64,000 nt of DNA. Source: Rotaria socialis (lineage: Eukaryota). The notes beneath the pieces were generated by a model, which made no database searches, was not told the DNA's origin, and saw nothing but the letters and a program-made list of their open reading frames with translations. This document shows positions 15,668 to 27,587 of this stretch, one piece after another. Within the stretch, counting starts at the first letter, position 1, and every line of letters begins with the position of its first letter. A program made the position numbers and the translations under genes. Location: positions 62,001 through 126,000 of the forward strand of contig CAJNYD010000025.1 of assembly GCA_905331295.1 (NCBI GenBank), in the 5' to 3' direction.

Positions 15668-16911
15668 TTAATGTGTGCTATCATTTAATCGATTGTATTT
15701 TCTTAGTATGTTGATGACATTTTCATGTGAAATAGATGGAACACGAATTCCTCCAAATCCTACCATTGTTTCAGCTGCTATTAGAGAATTTATAATGGCT
15801 TCTTCAACACATTGAATTGCTGCATTGAACAACGGATTTATTAGGTCATTCGATAGAAATTCAGCAACTTTTGTTGTTGAACTTTTGTCTGTAATATTAG
15901 CTGTTGAAAATGCCAAGAAAATATCACCCGAAGAATCAGCACCGATGCCACCTAGTTTTCCTATTCCAAGAGAAACTCTCGTTGCCATGCGTTTCAATTG
16001 GTGTGGTAAAAGTGGAGCATCCGTAGCTAATATAACAATAATCGAGCCAACATCTTTATCCGGTACAGAACTAGTATTAGTTTCAATGTCAAGAAGTTCT
16101 TGTCCCACAGGAACACCTGCTATAATGAGTTGATTTTTACGACCGAAATTAGCTTGTAATAAAACTCCTACAGTATAATTGAGCGTATCGACTATTCTTG
16201 AACTTGTTCCTGTTCCAGCTTTGTAACCGAAATTAATCATACCAGTTCCACCACCTACATTTCCTTCTTCAACGTATGAACTCGATTGTTTTGCATTATC
16301 TAGTGCTTCAAAGACATGCTCTTCTTTAATAGGAAATTCACGAAAATTATTCAAGAATCCATCCCATGTTTCAGCTACAATTGGTAAACCAATATCTCCA
16401 ACATTGACTAGTGATGTTTCATTTTGTTGGTATATCCACTTTAAAGCAGACGTATAGCCGATACCCACACTGTTCGTATTTGTAATTATAATCGGAGTTG
16501 AAAGAAAACCAGATTCAGTCAAAAGATGTATTCCAGTCATTTCACCGTTTCCATTCAAACTAAACCAATTTGCGAAACAACGTTGTTCAGTAATAGATAT
16601 ATTACTTCCACGTGGAAGTATGGCCGTAACGCCAGTACGTATTGAATCACCTTCGATGATTGTACGAAACCCGACTTGAACATTATCGACATCTGTTATG
16701 GCATTGTATTTTCCAGGTGTACCATCAAATGGAATACCAAGGTCTCTGGCACGTAATTTTCTTGTACCTTTTATGAATCAATAATAATCTTATAACTAGT
16801 TAGATATGCTTTAATAATTCTTTTATAAATCTTACTCGTCTTTTCTACATCACTTCCCTCTGTACAATACCAGACACTGCAAAATAATAATACTCGTTGG
16901 ATTGTATACAT
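15668..16911 (-). CDS. dmpA: DmpA-like L-aminopeptidase/D-amidase (peptidase S58/P1 family), two exons
   Basis: Exon 2 (16767-15668) reads RKLRARDLGIPFDGTPGKYNAITDV...RTGVTAILP...NGNGEMTG...PIVAETWDGFLN...EGNVGGGTGM...VGSIIVILATDAPLLPHQLKR, with the G/S autocleavage motif GSIIV. Exon 1 (16911-16836; MYTIQRVLLFCSVWYCTEGSDVEKT) joins in frame via a 68-bp GT-AG intron (16835-16768). Confidence 0.9.
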
Positions 16912-18624
16912 CGATAAAAAAAACAAAAACTGCCTTTTCAAGTAAATGTTTGCTGGTTGAAGAAGAAGAGTTACCATTTAGTCATACTTTCAGAGGATGA
17001 TACTGCTAATCCGAATATAAAGAAACAATATTGTTGTGTTATTTTTTACGTAGTCTTTGTCAATATTGAGATAGATTGATAATTAGTTGAATAGAACTAT
17101 AACATTTACTTGAAGTTTACATTGATGTATAAAAAGAAAAACGAAAAAAAAAGATTATACTGTCAACGATGAATAACGCTTACAAAATGATTAGCGTTCT
17201 CTGTGCGTACGCTTAAAATATACATACGTACGTAGAAGACATCTAAAGTAGCATGAAATTAAAAATATTTGTGATTTTTTATCTTTCTGCATGCCAGTAC
17301 ACATTCTCACAGAAACTAGAAAATTTGTCTTTATATCGTCGTTGTTTGAAAAGCAAACAGGACAACCAAATAACATTCTTATGAAGGTGAAATTGCACTA
17401 CTGAGGATGTATGTTGACATCCATATGATAATTTCACTACTATGATCTACTGTAGTTATCCATAAATTACTCCTTTAGAACGTATATCACTTATTTTATG
17501 TCGATATACATAATCATACAGATGAATCAAATCAAGAATCAATTTGGATTATCAATGTATTACTATATAGTAGATAATCAAATTGGCAAAGAGTTCATAT
17601 AATTACGATTAACTATGAAGTAGTCATTTTTATAACAATTGCACAGTTCACTATTGTTTATTTTTTTTACCATTGCTTGTGATATACTTATGAATGAGAT
17701 ACTAGTTCATCATCGTTCCTTCGATAAACAAAAAGAATATCTGTCTACATTGAATTAAAAATCAATATATGCTGTATATTTACGATAAGACAAATATGAA
17801 TAAATCAGATCTTTATTATTTAAGAGAAATTGAAAATGAACCTGAAACAAGATCTCGTTTTGCGATAGATAAATAAATAAATACATGGTATGACAGTATT
17901 TATTCAAGTTCTTTCTTATCACTGATCAACGCTGTAATCGGTGATATTTTAGTAAATTTGAAATGGGAATACTAGATGAAAACTTTCATGTTGAACGTTC
18001 TGCCTGTAGATTTTATTTTGTATTTATGATACAGAAGTAATTTTTCAGCAGTTTGAAGAATATAAAATGCAAAACCATCTGATTATTTGGTTTTATTTAC
18101 TGATGCTTTTTCTATCAATATAACTAAAAAAGAGGGATTATTTTCAATCTTTAAATAGCCAATGATTTGTTTAATGTAAGTACCTATTTTTAGTTCATAA
18201 CATTAAAATCCATTTTTTATTATAAAGAATAATAAACATAAACAGCTTGATTTAAAGAATATTTTTCTCTGAAGCTCATACGTACACAACAACACAAGGG
18301 GTGAAAATCAAGGTAAAATGAACAAACGATTCATTAGTTTATCTGGAAGTTGATAGTCAAACTCAATAGAGTTTGTAGTTGCTCAGCTCTATGTAGATCA
18401 AATTCAATGCCTGATAAGGAATCTATATGCACACTAACATTGCTGTTGCAATTCGTACATTCGCTAAGTGCTGTTTGCAAGTGATGACTTTCGCGAATGT
18501 TGTTTAGCAAAATAGAAAAAATTATTTTTTTGAAATGCAGGATTCGACGTTGATTTAGAATAATATGAGTGATGGTATCATAGCTGCTGATCAACTTGCT
18601 TGATTATTAAATAAATATTGCTAG

Positions 18625-19275
18625 GTGAACTCTCATTACCGATCACAAAATTAACCAATGGATGGACTAATTTAACTTTAAAATTTAGTACAAAACCCGA
18701 TGATAAAACTTCTATTCTTCGTAAATATCTTCCAGGTCGATGAAGGAAGAAATCTTTTGAAAATATTAAATTCGAATTGAATTTTATTACTTATCTTTCC
18801 AATGAGCTCAAACTTCCTGTTGTATCTATGATTGAGCCACCGGGAGTTTTTACATTTGATAATAAATATTATTGCGTTCTTTTTCCATTTGTTGATGGAA
18901 TTAAATTTTTAAATACACCAAAAACAGCGGCTCACCAACCATGGCAAGCATTAAAAATTAGTCGTTTTCTCGTTCAAATGCACTCGAGTTTGATGATATG
19001 TACGTTGGCTCATTACTAGTTGATTTAGCTGTAACATTATGTTTATGGTGTAGTATTGGACCCAAATTTAATGTTGACTATGAAAAAGAATTTTTATTTT
19101 GTTTATCAAAATGCGAGAGAAATGTTCTTGACTGAACATGAATGGAAATTGTTAAAATTTGCTTTGTTATTTGACTATGCTTAATCAAATATTACTTACA
19201 ATCGAAGCTGAACTATGTGTAAAACCAATGAAAAATATGATAGACGAATTGCTTTTACCAATTGAATGTATTATA
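18625..19275 (+). pseudogene. Decayed aminoglycoside phosphotransferase/homoserine kinase type II (APH/ChoK)-like gene
   Basis: KLTNGWTNLTLKF...ILRKYLPGR*...IKFELNFITYL...VLFPFVDG resembles the APH/ThrB N-lobe, with an in-frame TGA at 18741. After ~18983 another frame gives EFDDMYVGSLLVDLAVTLCLWC and LTEHEWKLL. The catalytic HxD segment is missing. Confidence 0.6.
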
Positions 19276-19802
19276 TGAGAAGACACTATGTTTTTAGAAA
19301 AACTTCAGCTTACAAAATTTCAAAGGTATGAGAGAAAGATTATGAAGTTATCGACAAGATACTCTGTGAGAAACAGGTTCCGATGTTTGCCGATACAAAA
19401 AAAATCAATCGTCATATTTATTGTAATTAAAAAAGCAAAATTTCTAGATAATGATTGCGAATGTGTCAAGTATGCCTTGATCTAGATATTGATCGTAATT
19501 CAGGACCCTTATCAGATGACTATGATTCTTAGTCGTAGTAAAACGACTTTTTTTTATGGAGCACGTTCATTTTGAGATTAGACGCTTCATTTTCTAGGAA
19601 AATCATAAGGTTTATATTTTGTTCTAGTTGTTTACAGAAGTATTTCAGAGTTTAGTTCAATGTCTCTATACTGTATATTGTTGTAGCCTAATAAATCAAA
19701 TTGCATTATGAAGATTTTTAAAATAGGAATAAATTTTATTCATGTAAAAGAGTAAATGTAGTTCATTAAAAAAAAAAGTTTTGTTTTATTTTGAATATTT
19801 GT

Positions 19803-22000
19803 TTAGAGACAGAGCCAACTTGAAACAATCAATAGCAGCATAGTTATTCTATTAGTTGATGAACTTGACTGTATACAATTTACTTCGGCACAATCATCAA
19901 ACTTCAATTTGAATTGGTTATCTTCTTCAATACCTTTTATGCCTATGTAGGCAAATTCTACATTGGTATCTGGTTTTTCAAGAACTAATCTTATTTCACC
20001 ATTGGAGGCTCTATTTGTTTTCGTTGACGATGGCCAAAAATAGGACTTGATGCGCATCCATAGTGATGAGTCATCATCTTTTGTTTCGGTTTCGTAATCA
20101 ATGAAATCAGCTGGATCTTTTGGATTTCGATTGGTGAATGAATAAAATAATTTAACATTACCATTGAATAACGTGATGGTAACTAAAATTTTGTTACCAA
20201 TAGTAGTAATTTCAACTTTAAGAAATTTATATTTATCCTTCATTATTTCAATCATCACGGTTATATTCGATGGAACGGGTGCTGGTTCTGCACATGATTT
20301 TGAGGTGAATTGATTTAACTTTTGTTCAAAAGCACCATAATTTGATACAGCGAAATAGTTTTCACTTGCTGGCGGTGAGCAAATAGCGTGTAATTCATCA
20401 AGATCTGGCTGATTACCGACGCCGACACTAACCAGAATGATATCGTTTCTTTTTAAAATACTTGCCGCTCTAATTGTTTCTGCTGGAGTATTACTTTGTC
20501 CATCTGTGATGACGAATATCACAGGTGTGACACCTTCATATGATAGTCGACGACCATTCTCGTATGAAAAAACAATATTTGCTTCTACAAGAGCACGAGC
20601 AGTATCTGTACCGCTAGAATAATATATTGCTTCGTCAACTCGTTGAAGTTTTTCATCTAGACCATGATCTTTATTTAACGATGTCAACGTCTTGGCGATG
20701 TCGGAGTAATTGATAATACCCACATGAGTTTTATTTAGGCCAACATTCACTCGACGAAGTAAATTTTTTGTAAAGTTAAGCTGTAATAGATAGTTACTCT
20801 GACCAACACTACCACTGGCATCAAGAACAATTCCTAAGTCCATTTTTAATTCTTGTGAACATGAATCCAAACAACATCGAATATGTTTTGGACTATTCGG
20901 GCATTCTGGCCCTTTCGGACCACTGCAGCCACAAAATGTACTGGAATCTTCTAAACCTTTGATACAATCTGGTGAGCATAAACCGTTATGAGTTTCATTA
21001 TATTTGCATACTGGTCCTTGCCCAGAATATAGGTCACCACCACACTCTAATTGGCGAAGAAATATGGAATAGTATTTAGCTGCCACGGCAAGTTGTGCAA
21101 TTTCTTCAGTTAATTTATACCTAAGAATACAGAAGCGAGAGCAGTATAGTTAAAATATAGCCATAGCAAGTTAGTACCATAACATCGAAAAACCATAAAA
21201 TGTACCATCAGCGTACTTCGTTAAAGTCGATTCTATTGAGAGATAAAATAAAAATGTGAAAAACAGAGTTAACTGGCAAGTGGTTTTTAGATAAAGATTT
21301 CCATGTTTCGTTTTATTTTTGAGTAACATAATTATCAGAATACTTTTCCTAATTTTTTTCCTAATTATCAATGATCTAACTGATACGTACCATTCAATAG
21401 ATTTGGATTTTTCCATATCAGTGATGCAATTTCGATTGCATTATTTGTTAGTGCAACTATTTCAGGATTAGTCAGAATTTCGTTTTGTGACATTAGTTTT
21501 GCTAATCTCTCATACATAGTTCTTCCACGAACACCGAAGAAACCTCGTCGGCGAAATTGAGATCCATCACCTTCTTTTGAGTTGCCATACTTTTTGTCAT
21601 CAGCCGAGAATTCCGCATCACTCTTGACAACTTCATCAATTGTAAAATTCTCCGTCATCGTTGCTGCAACAGCTAGGAAAGCAGCTTTTGCTTGACAGTT
21701 GCCGCATATGCCAGCTGAGTTAATTCCGTAATTTAGGGCACTTCGAAGAAATTTAGCACGGGATGTATTTTTTAGAATACCGAGATCATCACCAGTAATA
21801 CATGTGCCTGAAATTGATGGTAAAGTGGTATTAATACAGCAAATTTGTCGTTCACACAAATAAGATGCTAGTATAGTTCCTTCACAACTGTCGATTGATG
21901 AGCATTGTCCAATTATGGATCGATTGAATGTTGATTGGCATGATTGTCCGTCGATCGTTGATACTATTGATAGTATAAAAGTCAGAAGTACAAAGTACAT
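19803..22000 (-). CDS. Secreted chimeric protein: signal peptide, Cys-rich module, degenerate GH19 chitinase/lysozyme-like domain, Cys-rich module, vWA domain, beta-rich domain, GPI-like tail
   Basis: Three exons (22000-21391, 21232-21178, 21120-19803) join in frame by GT-AG introns. GH19-like motifs: AAFLA, YGNSKEGDGSQFRRRG, NPEIVA, YADGTF. vWA with intact MIDAS: LDASGS, GTDT, ITDG. Hydrophobic N- and C-termini. Confidence 0.8.
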
Positions 22001-22399
22001 TTCAGCAATCTAGAGGTATTTTGTTTCGAATATTTATTGACAGCCTTATTATATAGACGAAAAATGATCTGTTTATTACCTTTTCGATAAACATAATTTT
22101 TATTATCGAACACTACCGATGTTTTAGACAAATTCTTTACATAGGGGGCAGCATATCTTCTTGCGAACATGAATAATTTATTAGTCTATATCAAAACACT
22201 TAAAACTACGTAAATAGCTCACCAACATCTCTAATATATCGTCCAATATAATTTATATATGGCTGTAAAGATAAGAAGACACTTGAGTACATAGGCAAGA
22301 GTCTCATTCATAAATATTTTGATTCATCTCATCTTGTCTTATGAAACGTAAAAGAAGGCGTCTTTCAAAAAAATATATTATTCGCGAGATATTATAGGG

Positions 22400-22424
22400 G
22401 GTGTGTGTGTGTGTGTGTGTGTGT
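22400..22424. repeat. (GT)n microsatellite abutting a hAT-like terminus (cagggtggccag at 22425)
   Basis: GT run seen directly; the CAGGGTGGCCAG start resembles hAT TIRs, but no partner end was found. Confidence 0.6.
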
Positions 22425-22821
22425 CAGGGTGGCCAGATCCAAAATTGAAAAAACAGAAAATGACAGTTTTTGATAAATTAGTACATCTTCCGCTAAAATA
22501 CTGACATCGAAAGTTCTGCTGCGTTCCTGTTCATTGACTGGAACATTATTTTCAAAGATATTTCAATAGAACGAAAGACAATATAGTGAATATATCGTTT
22601 AGCTAATAAGGAAACATCAATAGAAGATACTTAATGTTGAGCTTTGTTTTAAATTTAAAATTCGTTCACAAAAACCAGCAAAACTAAATCAAGTACATAC
22701 TGTGTAGATTAAGACGTCCAACGAGAAAAAAGCTTAATCCCATATTCTCGGTATTATTATTCCTATTTCATATCTTTGGGTGTGGGTGTGGGTCTACGAG
22801 TTATCTCATTATCATATATCT

Positions 22822-22998
22822 CAAACTTGGGACCTGAATTCAATTGAAATTGACATTTTCAACCTTCAACCTTCAAACCAGTAGCGTTCTGAAGAATCGG
22901 GACTCACACGCATCGTCGCTGTCAGCTTGAAGGTTGAAGGTTTGAAGGTTGAAGGTTGAAAATTTCGATTTCAATTGAATTCAAGTTTGGCACTACTG
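22822..22998. mobile_element. Small foldback/MITE remnant with 7-bp subrepeats (aaccttc/gaaggtt)
   Basis: The arm 22822-22879 (caaactt...gaattcaattgaaattgacattttcaaccttcaaccttcaaacc) is an imperfect reverse complement of 22939-22989. Confidence 0.6.
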
Positions 22999-23109
22999 AT
23001 TGCATGTGGCGTAAAACAGACACACTTTTTACACAAGTATATGATTATTTTTTTCATGAGATGATCTGTTACATTCTGTTACTGTAAAGGAACGTGCCAT
23101 AAAACGAAT

Positions 23110-23470
23110 GATATCATAATCCGATTACACCCGGGTAACGAGGTTTTCTCCAGCAAAAGTTACTTTATCAATATTCGGTGTATTACCCCTAGGGCATCTA
23201 CTTTCATTTAACTATATATTTTAAAGTTGCGAGATTTGAGCTGTTTTGGTGTATTACCTCTAGCGTATCCACTTTCATTAAACTATATGTTTTAAAGTTG
23301 GGAGATTTGAGTTGTTTTGGTGTATTACCTCTAGGGTATCCACTTTCAGTTAACTATATGTTTTAAAGTTGGGAGATTTGAGTTGTTTTGGTGTATTACC
23401 TCTAGGGTATCCAGTTTCATTTAACTATATGTTTTAAAGTTGAGAGATTTGAGTTGTTTTGGTGTATTAC
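23110..23470 (+). repeat. Transposon left end followed by a 71-bp tandem repeat (4 full units plus the start of a fifth, cut by N)
   Basis: ggtgtattac recurs at 23177, 23248, 23319, 23390 and 23461. The preceding ~65 bp matches 23925-23990. Confidence 0.9.
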
Positions 23471-23924
23471 NTGTATGCAATCGTCCAGGGCTGCCAACTG
23501 TACCCCATTTCATCATTTTGTATCCCATTTTGACTTTTAAGTCTACGATACGACTATCTAATCTTCTAATGAAAACAGCCTATGTTCTTCTAGACTTTTC
23601 TCATTTTCATAAAGAAATGTATAATAAAATGCGTTGGTAAATAACTGACCAATAGATATTAGCACCCATTTCGTTTAATTTCGTCTTTAATTATTCGGTT
23701 TTACATACTATTTTCACTATGAATCATAAAATAAATTTTATTGAATTTTTTTCTTTTCTCCTTTCTCATTGTTTCATTACTTTTTTGAATTAAGTCTGAT
23801 AAATACATATTGCCTCAAAAATGAATCGGGTTTTAGACTTTCTCTTCAATGTATTTGGTTTTATTGATAATTTTCGCATGACATTAAATAAAGATTATGA
23901 AGGTGAAATTTCTGACAATTGAGT

Positions 23925-25007
23925 GATGTCATAATCCCGTTACACCGGGTAACGACTTTTTCTCCAGCTAAACTTACTTTATAAACATTCGGTGTATTAC
24001 ACCTAGAGTATCCACTTTCATTTAACTGTATGTTTTAACATTGAGGAATTTGAGTTGTTTTGGTGTATTACCCTAAAGCGTAATAACTTGGATATCGTCG
24101 AAGAAATACACAAAGACAACTGGAATTTGCAATAAGATGCTCAATTCGAATTTGAATATAATTGATTCATTTACTGCACAGTAACACTTCGGAAAAACTT
24201 AAGGCACAGATATTGCTAGAGGAAAATGCAAATAATATCATTTTATCTGAATTGTTTTTTAAATAATTTGAATTTAGACATGCATTTTACTGAGGCTGAA
24301 ATGTATGGCATAAATTATGATTTCTAGGAGCATTCCCTGGATTCCTGGCAATGCGTAACATTGGTAGATGCAAGGCTGTCGCTGCTGAAAGCAAGCCGGA
24401 CGCTACTGAATGAATATCTTAGGCTTCTAAAAGAATGCGTGAAATTGCTGAAACCATGTATCAGGTTGCTAAGATTATTCCTCGGCTTCTGACACCCTTC
24501 CCTCACATTGCTGCCAGTACGAGTGGAGTCCTTCGTGACACACCACAGGTACCGGAACACATACCTGAGCTGCTAGATAGTTCATACAGGTTACTGCAAC
24601 TGTGCCTCATCTTGTTACAGGTATCCAAACCAACTTTCACGCAAATTGACCTATACATCTCGGAGCACTCAATTTCTTACAGCAAACACAGGAATGCGTC
24701 TAGCAACCTTAGGTATGTTTCTAGGCACCTCAAGATTACTGCTAGCAACCTTAGGTGCGCTTCTAACAATCTCAGGAATTGTTTTAAAAAACGCAGGTAT
24801 CCTTGTAGCAGACTCAAAGTCATCAATGGATTCTTCGAAAAATCTCGTTCATATTTTATGTGGAATTAGGCAGCTGCTCCGAATTCCTCAACTTTAAAAC
24901 ATATAGTTAAGTGAAAGTGGATACCCTAGGGGTATTACCCCAAAAAGAATTTGATGGGTATTATGACTTGGAAATCACGATACCCAGTGTAACGGTATTA
25001 TGACATC
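23925..25007. mobile_element. Non-autonomous TIR element with a subterminal copy of the 71-bp unit at each end
   Basis: Left end gatgtcataatcccgttacaccggg; right end cccagtgtaacggtattatgacatc (reverse complement). The 71-bp unit is forward at ~23991-24070 and partial/inverted at ~24889-24945. No clear TSD. Confidence 0.65.
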
Positions 25008-25885
25008 TATGAAGACGTGACAAAATATATATCAAACATAAGTAATTCTACTTAGGTAGCAGCGCTGAATAAAAGCAGATTCTTTCAATTCGCCTTTTGT
25101 GAATTCTTCGCACAATCAAGATTATATTCACCATTTGAAAATGTTATTCACATGAACTTCAAGTAGTCGAAATGTATTTGATGAGTTGATAGCGTTCGTC
25201 TGTTTAGTTTCTATTTCACAATCACTCGAGATCGAATTAGAATATTCGATAAATTAAACATTTATCTCTGATAAAAAATATGTTTCTTCTATTCGATAAT
25301 ATAATATCAAATGTTTGCTGATTCGTCACTCTCACGATAAAGATATCAATGTTTGCTTACGGATGAGGGTGGCAGCTGTGTCTTTTTTTCAATAGATAAT
25401 TGAGAATGTGACAATGATTGCACTATTATAATTAGAATACTCTGTATGAAGTATTCTGATAGCAGAAAAATAAGGGTCTTGTATAAGAATGTTCATATCA
25501 AGTTCAGAGTGCATAATTTAATCAGTAGATAATCTGTGTCCGGTGTTGATATTTGAAGAAATAAATTTAGCTTTCTTCACTTATTGCTTTTTAATATGTA
25601 CGTTCAGTATGCATATAGAAAGAGAAAGTGCACTGAATGCATCAGTCAAGACGTATTTTCTCTTGCGTTCCTGCTAAAGTATATCTCTATTAATAATACA
25701 TCCTTTTCGGATATATGGCCAAGACATGTGGATCTCAAGAAGAGATCCAACCCGTAAATGATCATACTGATTTTGGTTATTGGTACAATGAAATGAACAG
25801 CGATGATCAATTTGTACGTTACATGACAGAAATCTACAAGAAACAACACCTGAACATTTACATGAACAAATAACAAAATACAACA

Positions 25886-27587
25886 ATGACTCATCATACG
25901 CGTTCCAATACCCAATCACCATTAAATCGACAACAAGTAACACGACAATTACCACAGCTAATGGATCATCCAATTACATTTGATCATATTCAAGAAATAC
26001 ATCACCGTCATCACCACCATAACCAAATATCAAAAACATCTACAATTGAGCGTGTTACACGGTCCAGTCCATCATCAGCAAACCACCAAGTCTCATCAAC
26101 CCCACGACGACCATTAGAAGAGAGTGGATCAGAAAATCAATACCAACGCCAAATTAAGAAATCAAGACCTCATGAAATTACACCATCAGCTCCTCCACAA
26201 CTATCAACAACAGTTAAACCATTTCACCTACCAACAGCACATCTTAAAAGAGCAGTAGCGAATAACTTACCGTGCTTTTATATAAAATTTGATAGTAATA
26301 TAACTCAACGTAGTATACCATCAGCCATGAGAGTGGCAAGATGGATTCGTCAAACAGTCCAACAGCAATCATCTGAATCAATAGGAGATTTTTCTATACT
26401 GATACCTGTTGGCACGAATCGATATAAATTTGGAGTAACATAAAAAAGTGATTTCTTATTACTTTGGAACTGTAAGTGGCCAAATGAAATGGACGACATT
26501 GGCGTTGAAATACAACGACCTCGCTCTCTACCTAATTGTTGCGCATTAGTAGTGCGCTACGCACCAGTTGTTGATCTATTTAATGAATTCTTTTTTCGAG
26601 AAATTAGTAAATCAATCAGTTCAGTAAGTTCCTTCTCAAAAATCAACTATCATCGACCCCGATCAACAAATGATTATAGATTTTGTGTAGCCGATGCAAA
26701 TGAATATGAAGAAATCTTAAAGATTGGCCGTATAGCAATCGGACATCTACTGCTACCAATAACTGCATTTCTTCCTGGTCTAAAATTGACTTACTGCGCA
26801 AACTGCTGGATAACTGGTCATACTAAACCTGAATGTAAAATGAACCCTCGATGTCGTAAATGCTTAGATAATTGGGAATTTAATCATCGATGCCAAAAGC
26901 CAATGTTATGTGCTCAATGTGAAGGTCCACATTTATCAACAAGTATCGAATTTCCAGTGGTTTACAATTATCGCATAACATTAAAAGATCAAGTTAAAAA
27001 AGCCATTAATGATGGATTAATAAGTCAACCAAGCATCAACCAAAAACGAGAAGCTAATCGTTATGTTGAAGATGAAAGATTTGAAAAAAAACAAATAAAT
27101 GGAACTAAACAAGCATGGGGACGCCAATCAAAATCAACAGATAGGCCACAAATTCAACATGAAAATGAAAATGATCGACTAGGTGAGTTAGTATGCCGAA
27201 CTAAAGATGTTTTAGATATAATACGTCGAATGGAATTGCAAATGGATAACCAAGTTGTAAAAGTTGATATCTTAGAAAAAAGATCGGTATGGAATAAAGA
27301 AAGTTTGATTGACCTAGCAAAGATCATTCAACAGCTCATCAATGCAACATTAGAAAAGAAAAACAAACAACAACTACAAAGCTTAGTACAGCAACTAGAA
27401 GCATTTAAAGAGAATGTTAGTGAAAAGTTTAATGCTATCACAAATGATCAACAAAAACAAACACCAACATCTCCGTCTTTTAGAACCCAACAGTAACAGA
27501 ATACAAACTAAGTTAACAACTTTCAATAACAACGCGAACTACGATATAATGGAGCAAGATTCACCAATTAGTAACGTAAATGCTTAG
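25886..27587 (+). pseudogene. LINE ORF1 (gag-like, three Cys/His knuckles, C-terminal coiled coil), interrupted
   Basis: CANCWITGHTKPEC, CRKCLDNWEFNHRC, CAQCEGPHLSTSIEF; in-frame stops at 26443 and 27496 and a late frameshift. Confidence 0.8.

Noticed and set aside
15668..16911. Bacterial contamination as the source of dmpA
   Set aside because: It has a spliceosomal intron, AT content like its neighbours, and is contiguous with intron-rich metazoan genes.
23177..23470. 71-bp array as a CRISPR array
   Set aside because: Units are near-identical over their full length with no unique spacers, there are no cas genes, and the context is eukaryotic.
22425..23500. hAT-like termini at 22425 (cagggtggccag), 22998 and 23486 (cagggctgccaac) as one element
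   Set aside because: The ends do not pair convincingly and no 8-bp TSD is present; they are treated as separate fragments.
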